NCBI GenBank assembly: GCA_964247055.1
Contig: OZ176053.1
Location: 6,138,001-6,202,000 of the forward strand
DNA from: Paragordius varius
Taxonomy: Eukaryota; Animalia; Nematomorpha
DNA: 64,000 nucleotides
Direction: 5' to 3'
The translations under genes and the position numbers were made by a program. The notes under the pieces were generated by a model. The model was not told the origin of the DNA and searched no databases. It saw nothing but the letters and a program-made list of their open reading frames with translations. Shown piece by piece: positions 52,426 to 64,000 of the stretch. The first letter of the stretch is position 1, and the number at the start of each line of letters is the position of its first letter.

Positions 52426-55400
52426 TTAAGTCAATGTCGTAGGTTTGTAATGATGCGTGTATAAATAATAAGCAAGCAGACTCATAGACGTAATTGTGAT
52501 TGCAGTTAATCCAATCGTTATCCCAGCACACCACCATTTATAAGCACGGGGTGTAAGGTGTTGCGAAGGGACTCTAACCCCAAAACAGGCTAGGATAGGA
52601 CTTACAATATTCTTTTCAACGGCGGCACTCAAACGATGCGTGTGAAAGTGTTGAACTAAATGCTCATTCTCTGGCCTATACATACCAAGGATGGTACGAA
52701 AGGGCATTACTCGTTGATATGATGCATAGTATCTATAAAAACAAAACATTAAAGTAATTTTTATCATAAAGCTACATATTTTATAAAAATTAATTTTTTT
52801 ACAATCTATTGTTATCACATGGTTAAACTGCATCAAAAATATCTAATATAATAAATATCCATATTTTTAGAAAGGTTATTTTCATATATATAACCAATCA
52901 TTTGTTGCGAAATACGGATAAGAGATGTATAGATACACTTTATTTCTATATCAAATTTGTAAAACATATAGATATTATGAAAACAATAAATTTCAAAAAG
53001 TACGGTAAATCAATTAATATTTTACTATGAATCATTAATTTTTTAGGCGATAAAATCATACTTTTGCGCTCTAACCATTTTATTTGCACTTATCAATTTA
53101 TTGATACAAAACATCATAATAAGTAAAAGTCATATAACGATGAATAAATAGTTTCTTAATAATTATTTTTTATTTCTCTATTTACAAGCAAAGTAAAGAG
53201 GGAAGAAAGAAGGGTTACATTTTTAAAATACATTAACAATGAATGTTAATAATCTTACAAAATAATTTACTTTGCAATAGCAGGCCTAAGATTCTTTTTG
53301 CCATTCCAGAGTTGTTCTCTCAAACCAAGGATATCAAGTTGATTTAAAAGAGCGATTAACCAAATATCAGCAGCAGTTATGTCTTGTGTACCAAATAATT
53401 TGATCACCTATATACACCACAATATAATCGAATTAATTTATTTGTTATCGGTATAAAAATGTAATTACATCAATTTTATTGTTTAATTAAACCAAGAGTG
53501 TTTAACATGCGGCCCGTAAAAAATTTGGAAATTTATATTTTGCAAATATATGCTCACAATGGTAAAACTGATATTTCTTAAAATAATTTTCTACATAAGT
53601 CTTGGCAAGAACTAGTAAAAAAAATACGTTATTTTGCAGTCAAATGTTTTAAATCAAATAAATTAGTTATGAAAGTCCATATATATAATAATGCGCACTG
53701 CCGGATTTTCGTATCAATGCGGTCCGCGAAGCCATTGTGTTGGACACGCCTGATTCAAACACTGTGCGGCATCTTAAAAAATGAATGTTTATGAATACTA
53801 AAGAACCTCAGTATAATGGATATCGAAATAAATAGGATAAAATACAAAATTGCATTTTTCTAGAGCATTGAGTCTTATAAAATTAAATAATAGAGGAAAA
53901 CCGTTAGTTTAAATTTTTGATAATACGTGCCATTTAAATATAAAACTAAATGGAAATTTTATATTAATAGATAAGTCACAAAAAAATGTGGTAAAATTCT
54001 AACTTTTATTAATCTATCATAAAACTACTGTAAACGAATGCAAGATTTATCCAATCGTGTAAATAAAAGTACTTTTTTGTCAATTGTACTTGTCCTACGA
54101 GAATATTTCGATGAATCTTGAACTGGGGCAGTACTTTGTCTTTTTGGATAATTTAACAAAGGCGGCGACAATTTATTATCGCAGGAATCGCCTAAGGATA
54201 GATTATTTATTGGACCATTTGTGGGCGCCATGGTATTATTGTTACCTAAGATTGTATGTAAGTAAGTAAAAAAATTAAAATCAAAAATATTTCTAACAAA
54301 CATTAAGTGTTTTTTATAATATCAGTATGGACATTGCTGGTCAATTCACATTAATGTTGAGCGATTGGTAAAACAGTCGAATATGGTATAAAATAATTTA
54401 TATTCATAAATATATGAAATTTAATGTTGTAAGGTAGACAAAAAAATGTAGTTTCAACCAAATGGTGTTTTATACCCATACGCTCTGTATTAACATTTGC
54501 CTTACAATAATGTGAATTGACACCAACATTAATGTGCATACTGTAATTAGGTATACGTTCAACAGACATTATATAATACCTTTATTATCCCTATTAGGTG
54601 TTGGAATTATTTTGGTTTTATCATCCGTAAGTTGTTTTATAGTTTGATAATTTGGATCATTTTCAGATAGGAGAGGCGCTACACCAGATTCAATATCATC
54701 CAAATTATTTCGTGTCTCGAGTTTTTGATAATTTAAAGCATTTGGTTTTTCATCTTTCTTACCATTTAAATATATGGGTAATCTGTGGTTTTTATTTCGA
54801 TCAATTGGTGAAATGAGGGATGTAGGAGTAGTTTTAACACTACCTTTTTTGCGTTTAGAAAATATGTTGCTGTTATATGATTGAGCATTTTGAAACAAAG
54901 AATAGTCTATATATATGCATGGGTATTAAAAATAAGAGAACCATTATTATATAGGGGATATTCAATTAGGGGGAAAATGAAGCCTGTTTGGCATTAATTC
55001 GTAAGTTGGTTGTCAAAAACAGGACAGCGATATTTAATTAGTAAAAATTAATTATAAAAATTTAAAATTGGTTTTCACTAATTCGTTTGGTTAGAATATC
55101 GATCCTTGAAAGATAACAAATTTAATACTAAAAAATCCAAATATTATAAATAAATAAAATTGGGCTCAAATTGATTCAACATATTCTAAAAAATATTTTT
55201 TAGTAAAAAATTAAAAATTAATTCTACCATTTTGTGCGATTTCGAACATTTTTTGGGTAAGAAGAAACCTTTTTACAAAAATATTATAAAATAATTTGAA
55301 TTCAAAATTATTCATATATTAAATTTTTTATTTTCAAAAAAAATTATTATAATTTAATAATTTAATTAATTTACCGAAGAAATAAATACAAAATAGCAAT

Positions 55401-56193
55401 TTTAAGGTAATATCTGTTAAATAAATATAATAGATATTAAGATTATCAAAATTAAATTACTCGAATTCATCAATTCTTGTTCTATTGCGTCTAAAATCGA
55501 ATTTAGTTTTAAAAAAATATTTTCAGCATCGCTTTTGGAATTAAGCCTAAAGTAAAAAGAAAATATACCTTTGAAGTAGATTCATGTGTGCAGATATTAT
55601 CGCTTCATAATATTTCGATAATTTTGGGTTCATTTGTTTGAATGCATCTAAAGCTTTTTCTTTACCATAAAAATTATCTACCGTATTTAAAAAATATATA
55701 TACTTAAATGTATTTGTAATATTGCATTAGGTATTAGGGTCTTTTTTGCCATCTCAGGTCGCGTTATGACATAAAATTTTAAAAATTCAAAGTCCAAAGA
55801 TTCAATAATTTGTATGTAAGTTTTGATTTTCCAAAAATAAAATTTTGGCAGCAATTTAGATTCTGTAGCTTTTATTCATTAAATTATTTTATACTTAAAT
55901 AGTTTTCGGCATATTCAACAATAATAAATGGAGTATTAATAATAAGATTGCCTTGTCTAAAAGTCGGGAGTTTCGAAGATGGATTTAATTTCATAAACCA
56001 AGATTTATATTGTTCATTTTGCAGCACATTAATGTCTTGCAAACTATACCTAAGATTGTACCAACTAAAAGCCAAATATACCTAATTATAAAGCAAAAAA
56101 TACTATTTGACTAGATAAACATTGGATATCAGAATACAAAAAACACTCATTCTGATTTTGGGGCACTTTAGATGCATATGCATCAATTCCCAT
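52426..56193 (-). CDS. GDAP1: GDAP1-like GST-fold protein with a C-terminal membrane anchor, 8 exons
   Basis: Exons 56193-56104, 56081-55895, 55677-55569, about 55547-55460, 54906-54580, 54245-54073, 53407-53271, 52732-52426. Peptides SSQIVYL, EQYKSWFMKLNPSSKLP, ILDAIEQEL, LFGTQDITAADI..LDILG..WNGKKNLRPAIAKYY and a C-terminal hydrophobic tail resemble GDAP1/GDAP1L1. An upstream exon is possible because the ATG directly follows an AG. Confidence 0.82.
53493..53752 (+). mobile_element. hAT-type MITE copy 2, in a GDAP1 intron
   Basis: CAAGAGTGTTTAACATGCGGCCCG ... GTGTTGGACACGCCTG; the interior (ATGCTCACAA..AAA.TGATATTT) is shared with 15147-15464. Flanks AATTAAAC and ATTCAAAC match at 6 of 8 positions. 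Confidence 0.72.
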
Positions 56194-56324
56194 CTATTAA
56201 AAAGGGGGGTATATTATACCACAATCGCATATGCCATCTGTATATACTGTCTAATCTGAATTAAGAGTGATTTAAAATTTAAATAGTTTAAAGAATTTGA
56301 GATATTAAGCCCAATTTAACACTT

Positions 56325-56870
56325 TGATTGCAATTAGGATATTTAAATATTTCAGACTATATATAAGAAATTATAAAAAAACTACTGAAAGAAACGGTCT
56401 CAATTTAAATTTATGCTTCTATCCATATAAAATTTATATAAGAAAGCCGAAATATTTAAATAAAATTTAGTTTTGAAAAAAAATCCCTATCAAACTAGTT
56501 CGATGCCATTTTTACAACATTATTTGCAAAATATCGTGTTTATTTGATTTAAAAGCTAAAATGAAAGCTATTTTTTCATAATCCCATATAACATTGATAG
56601 AAACAGAAAAAATGGTCTTTTTTAAATTTAGCTAATGCACACATGTCATGAGTAAATTTTTACCTTGAGGTTTTACCTAAAAATTAGTAATATCAAGTAT
56701 TTTTCAATAATTTTTAAATATTCGGTTCATTAATATTAAAAATGTAAAAAATTTTGCCATGTTCATTCCATATTTTTTGAATAATTATATTTTAAATAGG
56801 CCTGGAGGATCCAACTACCCCAATTTGAATCAAAGGACTGAAATGAATGTGTTGTATCCAAGTGTTAAAA
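56325..56870 (+). repeat. Unclassified dispersed repeat (family B), copy 2
   Basis: Same-orientation homolog of 26700-27230. Confidence 0.75.
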
Positions 56871-57158
56871 ATAACTTCAGCTCTTTATACCATACGCTTC
56901 AACATCTTGGTTAAAATTAAGTGTGCGTTTACAAAAATAATATATCAGTCATAATCTAGACTTTATTAAAAAACGGTGCAAAATTACATTTAAATGCTTT
57001 AAAAATATGAGATCAACTTACATATTAAGTGTAATGATGATTTTTAGTTTTTTAAATATTTTAATGAAACGTACTAATGAATAAACCTTTTGTGTTCTGC
57101 TAAAATTATTTAGCAAAATAAGAATTTTTGCCTCCGATAACAAGCGATTTATATAGTA

Positions 57159-58881
57159 CTAGCGTAAATCTCGTGCTGCTACGCAGCCCAAGGAAGTCCT
57201 TCGGACTTCTGGGGAGGGGGGGGTGATATGAAGAAAGGGACAATAAAATGATCCACATATGTGGATTATTTCGAAACATTATTTATAGCTATGATCTCAT
57301 AGGAATTTCAAAACGGGGCATTCATGATAATATATTGTTTACTTGGGTGAAAAATAGATTCAAAAAATTATTTTTGTGTACTTATTTTTTTGAAAAAAAT
57401 GGCATTTTACGAGCGAAGCGGATAAAAAGAAGGCCTAAATTAAAAAAGCGAGACACTATGTTCGGAGCAATTGAAAATAAGTAAACAAAAATCATATGTG
57501 AAATCGAATGGTCCAACACGTTCTTCGGAAAGTCGTCTCAAAGACACGATTTTTGTGGACTTCTGTTTCAAAAAACCTCGATTTTTACACGGGGTAGGCC
57601 CGAACTGGGGGCCTATTTCAAAAAAGGGCGACGCTATTGAGGGGGCATTCATTAATTATATTTTTTCGATGTTTGGATTTGAATGGGTCCATCGGTTTTC
57701 CGGAAACAGATCACAAAGCCAACATTTTCAATTTTTAAATATATAGATAACCATAAATAATGTTTTATTATCCATATATTTTTTAACATCCCTATACATA
57801 AGATAGATAAATAAATATATAATAAAACAATAAATTAATACAATTTTATGTTTAAAATCAATAAAGTCTGATTGATCATTTAATTGTCTCGTTTGAATAT
57901 TGAGATAGACAATTTTTTTTTGAAATGAGCATAATATATTTTTGATTTTATAATGTTATGCGGCGCGAAGTTTTAAAATGATTCACATAGTCTCATAAGT
58001 TTTTTGAAATTTGGCTCCAAAGGCATGCTGTATCATATGATGGCGCAGTTGTAGGCGGGTAGCCCTTTAGCCAGAGGCTAATATAAAAATATAGTTAGAT
58101 AAAAAATTTGCCTCTATACCTGGAATCATAATTCATTCCTAATAGTTTATGAAAGATTGGCTTCAAAAATAAATAATAGTTCAATGATAGCGCATTTTTT
58201 AGGGCGTAAAGGACCTATTTAACGGCTAATTTAAAAAATCCGCTCGACTTAAATTTTTGACTTTTTACGGGTAATACTTTAAGCAGCGATTGAACTCATA
58301 TGGCCTGATAGGTTTTCTGAAATTTAGCCCCAAAAGCAGGCGATTTCGATATGACGGGTTAGTTTTTCGCGAGCTCCTTACTCAGCGGCTATCATCAAAC
58401 AAATGCTTGACTAAAATTATTGCCTTTTAAGAGGGAATACGTAGAATCCTTATTGAATTTTTACGCATAGCTTGGGCGAAAAATAGATTTAAAAAATTTT
58501 TGTGGATTTAATTTTTTTTGAAAAAAATGGCATTTTACGGGGGGAACGGGTAAAAAGAGGGCTAAATTAAAAAAGCGAGCCGACTATGTTCTGCGCGATA
58601 GAAAATAAGTAAACAAAAATCATTTTTGAAATTGAATGGTCCAACACGTTCTCCGGAAAATTGTCTCAAAACACGATTTTTGTGGACTTATGTTTTCAAA
58701 AAAAACCGTTTTTTACACGGGGCGGGCCCGAACTAGGGGCCTAATTCAAAAAAAGGGAGAAGCTATTGTCGGGGCATTCATTAATGATGATATTTTTTCG
58801 ATTTTTGAATTTGAATGGGTCTACCGGTTTTCCGGAAACAGATCACAAAGCCAGCATTTTCCATTTTTATAAATATATAGA
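57159..58881 (-). mobile_element. Composite non-autonomous Helitron (copy B), inverted relative to copy A
   Basis: Minus-strand A|TCTATATATTTATAAAAATGG start at 58881, a second TC start at 57747, the same terminal hairpins, and CTAG|T ending at 57159. The middle section (about 57800-58370) differs from copy A. Confidence 0.85.
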
Positions 58882-59994
58882 TTAATACCTTTTATGATTC
58901 GTAATCACACTTAAAGAATTATATGAAACACGATATAATTTATCATAATTCAAAAGATACATATCTTAATAGCACTGGGATATATAATTAATTAAATTTT
59001 ATTATAGTTAGCTTATATAATATTATTCCAAAATGATAATTATTAAACTAAATTTATACCAAAGTCCTTTATCGCTTTCAATATTTGCCAAAATATGCAG
59101 TTACTAAGAAAATTATGAATTGAGTATAAACCTTATATATTAAAAGGCAAATATAAAAAATATACAATCATGTTTAATTTAATCAAATAAAATTTTTGCT
59201 TATTGTTTTAATATATATTGTTTAATGAAATTTAAATTGAAACAATATTTTAAAGCAAATTGTATCATTGCGATTACTATGTGCAAATTGGTTTTATGAT
59301 GTGATGTGAAAAAAGTGTTTTAGACTAAAAAATTAAATTAGATCACTCAATGAGTTTTTTTACAATTTCCAATAATATATATTTGCTATGTCATATAGTC
59401 TTTCAGATAATTAGATTTTATCCGACAAAGGTCATTTAGCTATTTAGGCATAACCGCAAACGATAAAGGCTATTTGTCGTTGTTTTAAAAGCATCATTAG
59501 TGGCCACAACATACATCTTAGCGAAGTTTTTTTTTGTAAAATGATTAATGGTAAGTGGTAAGTTATAATCCTACAAAAAATATTTTATTTATACTTAATC
59601 CCAATAATTACATTTTATTATTATTACAAATTACAATATTTATCAAATTACTGATATAAAGTGTATTAGGTGTTGATCTTAACACTGTATTTTGCATGAA
59701 GCTAATTGGCTTCTCCATTATTGTAAAGTATTCCAATATTTTTTTACACTTTTATTCATACAATAATAATTTTTTCACATTCTATTAAATTAATTAAATC
59801 TTTTAAAGTCGCTCCCCTTTTGTTAAATCATGGGATTCTCGATAATAATACACAAAAGAACGCATAAAAAGACATTTTACGAAAATGCATCAAAGATATT
59901 TTCAATATTAAGCAACTAAATTAACCTCAATGATGTGTTTTATACCACAATACCCAAACACCATATTAGTTATTATGTGAATAATTAATTTGAC

Positions 59995-60753
59995 ATGGAA
60001 AAGAGCGATGATTTATCATTTCTGTCATATGAAAGATGGGAAATCAAAATTATTACAACTGCAGCTATGATTATGATTATTATATTAGGGTCAATTGGAC
60101 TCCTTTATTTAGCTAAAGTATGCAAAGTTCGACTTCAAACAGTCAAATCAGCGTTTTTCAGTTTATATCGTAAAGTTTTACTTGGTAAGGATTCAGAACA
60201 ACTTCCAATTCATGCAAGTCTTGGTCAAAATGATCTTTTTAGCGGCCTATATAATATGTACCATCATAAAAACAGCCTTAATGAAATGGTTGGTGGTTGG
60301 AGCCGAAATCCAAATGCCAAAAAATGGGTAAAAAATCGGCCATTAGAATCAATCCAAAACACAATGGAAAATAATCATAACAAAATGAATAATAACATTC
60401 TCCAAACTTATTGGGACATTCCTCTCATTGTTAAGCCCGATCAGCCGGGAATACTCCAAGAAACATCTCATTATTTCAATGATGTGATTGAATCTCACGA
60501 ATGCCCCTCAGAGTATTTTGGATATGATTCCCATTATCCTTTATACGTGTACCCAGGCGCTCATGTGACCCCTTTTGAACAAACCTATGCTGTCATACAG
60601 TCAGGCCATCCTCGTTCGAAACTTAATCGTGGAGGACATAGGACGACTGGATGGGATCGCGTTAAAGCTCTGAAAGAACGTTTATTAGAGATGGCTACTA
60701 AAGACACAGAATATGTATTGCCCCAAATTATAATTGGAGATAGTGATATGTAG
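59995..60753 (+). CDS. Single-exon 252-aa protein of unknown function with one N-terminal transmembrane segment
   Basis: A 759-nt stop-free ORF starting with ATG is very unlikely by chance at this AT content. Hydrophobic stretch IITTAAMIMIIILGSIGLLYLA followed by basic KVCKVR. No family motif recognised. Confidence 0.72.
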   Translation: MEKSDDLSFLSYERWEIKIITTAAMIMIIILGSIGLLYLAKVCKVRLQTVKSAFFSLYRKVLLGKDSEQLPIHASLGQNDLFSGLYNMYHHKNSLNEMVGGWSRNPNAKKWVKNRPLESIQNTMENNHNKMNNNILQTYWDIPLIVKPDQPGILQETSHYFNDVIESHECPSEYFGYDSHYPLYVYPGAHVTPFEQTYAVIQSGHPRSKLNRGGHRTTGWDRVKALKERLLEMATKDTEYVLPQIIIGDSDM

Positions 60754-63084
60754 ATAAACTTGTTAATGATATACCATAATTAAATGTAAAATATAGTGGG
60801 GTTTAAGGTAAAAATACATTTAGCGCAAAAACTATTTATATGTATGTTTAAAATTACATATTCGGCTTAAAAGAGTGCTCCATTAACGTGAAAAATATTA
60901 GTTAAAGGTGTATGGGATTGCTTGAAATTGATACACTATTCTTTGAATATTAACCAAAAACGAAATGGTGATTGTTGATCCCAACCTCATGTACCCAACA
61001 ATTCGTTGCGTTTATTCCTTTAAAATATTTTATTCAAAATCATCACAGTGTGGATTTTTTAACAATCGGGCCATAGGGTCAAAGTTAGGGAGACCTGTTA
61101 GATTTTCTGGTGGATCAATTAGAAAAACGAAAATTCATGTATTATAGAATAAAACAAGGCGCAATAGTTGACTTCATTTGTAAATGTATCACTCTTATAT
61201 TTTGGCTCATACATTATTGCGACTTTTACATTTCTTAATCACTAAATTGATTCATTTTAATACCGGTGACTGTTCAAATTCACTTTCAAGCATTTATTTA
61301 ATTTAGTAAAACTATCTATATCTCAAATCCACAAATATTTATTTGTCAGTAATATTCATTCATTTTTACTATAAGTAATGTAAACACAAAAAGTTCACTT
61401 TTAATACATGATTTTAGAGTTATATATATAAATTCTTTTTAAATTTTTTACATTTTTATATATATATCCATGGACGAAGTCTTAGATTTTCATCTAATAA
61501 CCACTGTTATTCTGATTTTATTAGTACATAAAACCTTTAAGATAAGTGAATTATGTGATAAATCGTATGTTTAATTACTCATTTTTACCCATAGTTTATA
61601 ACAAATATTATTTTTGATTGAGTGATCCATTACTTTCTTAATTTTCTGATAATAGTAAAAAAAGTACGAAACATCGTGTTTTTAGGCTAAATTGAGGGAA
61701 AAATAATATAATAGAAAATCAATTAAACCAACAACTTGTTATATTTAATATTACTAAACAATTTCACGAAAAATCAAAAACATTTTGTAATTTTAAAAAT
61801 ATGCTAGGTAACAAAGATGTTTAGAAATATTTTATGTGGAAAAAGTAATTTTCAGAATTTTAATATGCTTATATGCAACTTAAATTCTCTATTTTTTAAT
61901 TTAATTTCCCACTATTCTATGGGGGATATTCGGGTTTTTTTGTTAAAAAAAACTTTATGAAGGGTGCTTTTTTTACATTATTCTTTGTCGGAAATCGGGT
62001 GGTATAAATATCTTGATTATATATACATGAATATAAATATATGTTCTGATAAGAAAATGTAAAGGATTATTATGGTCCTTTTGGTTCTGGTCCTAAGTGA
62101 TATAAAAAAGAATCATTACTTTTATAGTAACTACTACATATCTAATGGAAAAATTTGCTCACAATTTTTTATAAAACTTTTTGGGGAAAGCTAAAGGCTT
62201 CATTCCAAAAAATATTATTAAATTATATCAAAAACTACAAATAAAAGAACAATATTTTTAAAATTTTTTAGATGAGTCTTATTTTCGGTCTTCTAAAATG
62301 GGTTAGTTGGCTTAAAATAAATGTAAATAGAAGGATTGCGCGTAAAAATTTTTAAAATATATGTTTAATAAAGTAAGCAACTAAAATATTTTTAAAATGC
62401 ATACTTTTTTCAAAAATTTAATTTTTAACAAAATATTGTTGAAGTGTATTTCATATTAATTTGAGGCATGGGAACAAACGCTTTAAGACATTATAAAAAC
62501 ACTTTTTCTCTATAATTCAAAGATGCTGACATTTCTAACACCTTATAATTTTTAATATCGTTCGTCTTCAATATTATGTAAAATATTATTTGTGTTTTTA
62601 CAAAAGAATTATACCAAATAAAAGCAAACTAACCTTTAATTAACATTCTGTAGCAATAGAATTGTTTAGCATCGTCGAATTATATAAAAAAAACTGTTTT
62701 TGTAGAAAACATTTTTTAACGGTTTGCATCACTGAAAAAAGTATAGTTACGCTTCAACAAAATTTCGTAAAAATTAAAGTGTTGAAAAAAGTAAGCATAT
62801 TTTTTAAAATATTTTTTTTGAAAAGATAGCATATATTAAAATTTGTTATCGAGCTATCCCGCCATTTTTGATTTTATTTTGAGTAGACTAGCCGATTTTA
62901 AAAAAAAATTTAATTGAAAATTAAAAAATTAAATTTTTTAGAAAATATTGTTTTACTATTTATATGTAGTATATGTTATATTTTAATGATTTTTATAGAA
63001 TGAAGCCTCTAGCTTTCTTCAAAAAATATTGTTTAAAAAAATGTGGGCAAATTTTACCATTTTCTGATAAGGAGCTCCTAGGCC

Positions 63085-64000
63085 AAAATCAATAGCGCCA
63101 CGATAATCCTGATATTCTATCAGAAAATATATATTTCATCGGGTTATTTTGTGGACACTGTGTAAGTGTAAACTTTTGAAATTTTAATTTGTTGCAAAAT
63201 TGCATATTTGATATTAAAGAGGCGTAGGGTCCCAAAGACCCCATTTTCAATCAGAGGACTGAAATGTGTTGTATCCAAGTAACATAAATTTGAAAACGAA
63301 AAAATACTTTAATAACTTTGAGATGATAGAATGTTCATATTTAGAGCGTTTTATACCGTTTGCATCATCACTCACAATAGTATTAAATACAATTCTCCAA
63401 TTGTCAAATTAAATTTTGAAAAAAGTATACATGTACAAATAATATTTTTAGATTATGTTAAAATTTAGCATATATTTAAAATTTTTATCTGGCGATCGAC
63501 ATTCTTATACCTTATTCTAACCGAACTAGCGCACTTTAAAAGAGCCAAAAATTTGGGACTTTTGGAGCCACATTTGAAAATTAAGTATTTTTAAAAATAT
63601 TGATTTGCTTATATATGAGGTTTGATATATTTTAAAAATTTGAATAAAGTTCAGCTTTCGCCAAAAATTTAATTTAATAAATTGTGCACACTAAAGTGGT
63701 AGTAACTTTTTATCACTGATAAATGTCAAAACTAAAAGCACCATGATAATCCTGATATATTTTTTCAATATATGTATTTTTCAGGATATTTTTTACACCC
63801 CCGATTAGGCAGTGTTGAAGTTTTCTCTGGGTTAGAAAACTACCCACCGTAGTTTTAAAAAAGTTTCTATCAAACTATTTCGACGCTATTTTCACAACAT
63901 TTTTGCAAAATAATGTATGTATTTGATTTAAACGCTAATTAAAGCTAATTTTTTATTTGGATCACATCTAACAAGGATAGAAACAGAAGAAGTGGTTTAT
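63085..64000 (+). repeat. Family B-related repeat fragments, internally duplicated and truncated by the window end
   Basis: GGACTGAAATGTGTTGTATCCAAG at about 63256; GATAATCCTGATAT at about 63102 and 63745; ATCAAACTA..TTT.ACAACAT..GATAGAAACAGAAGAAGTGG at about 63870-64000 matches copies 1 and 2. Confidence 0.6.

Noticed and set aside
60965-61147. 60-aa ORF downstream of the orphan gene
   Set aside because: Short, with no recognisable motif or splice-compatible link to neighbouring coding sequence.
1-64000. tRNA, rRNA and snRNA genes
   Set aside because: I saw no cloverleaf with A/B boxes and no recognisable rRNA or snRNA sequence by eye. tRNAscan-SE or Infernal would be needed to exclude them formally.

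Overview
Very AT-rich, intron-containing animal (metazoan) genomic DNA; the species cannot be determined from the sequence. I spliced the genes by hand using splice sites plus recognised protein motifs. In order: ST7 (minus strand, runs off the window start); a 13-exon collagen with an N-terminal membrane anchor, an uninterrupted 149-triplet Gly-X-Y helix and a spongin short-chain-collagen-type NC1 domain; three intronless JHAMT-like SAM-dependent methyltransferase paralogs interleaved with RTE LINE relics; a ~25-exon ZMYM2/3/4 (woc-like) gene; E2F4/5, which carries a U12-type AT-AC intron; NDUFB3, head-to-head with E2F4/5 and only 79 bp between start codons; GDAP1-like; and a single-exon orphan membrane protein. 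Repeats include two inverted copies of a composite non-autonomous Helitron (A|TC...hairpin-CTAG|T), hAT-type and TA-flanked MITEs, RTE LINE fragments, an unclassified dispersed repeat and (TA)n microsatellites. I recognised no rRNA, tRNA or CRISPR array. All family assignments rest on recalled motifs, not database searches.
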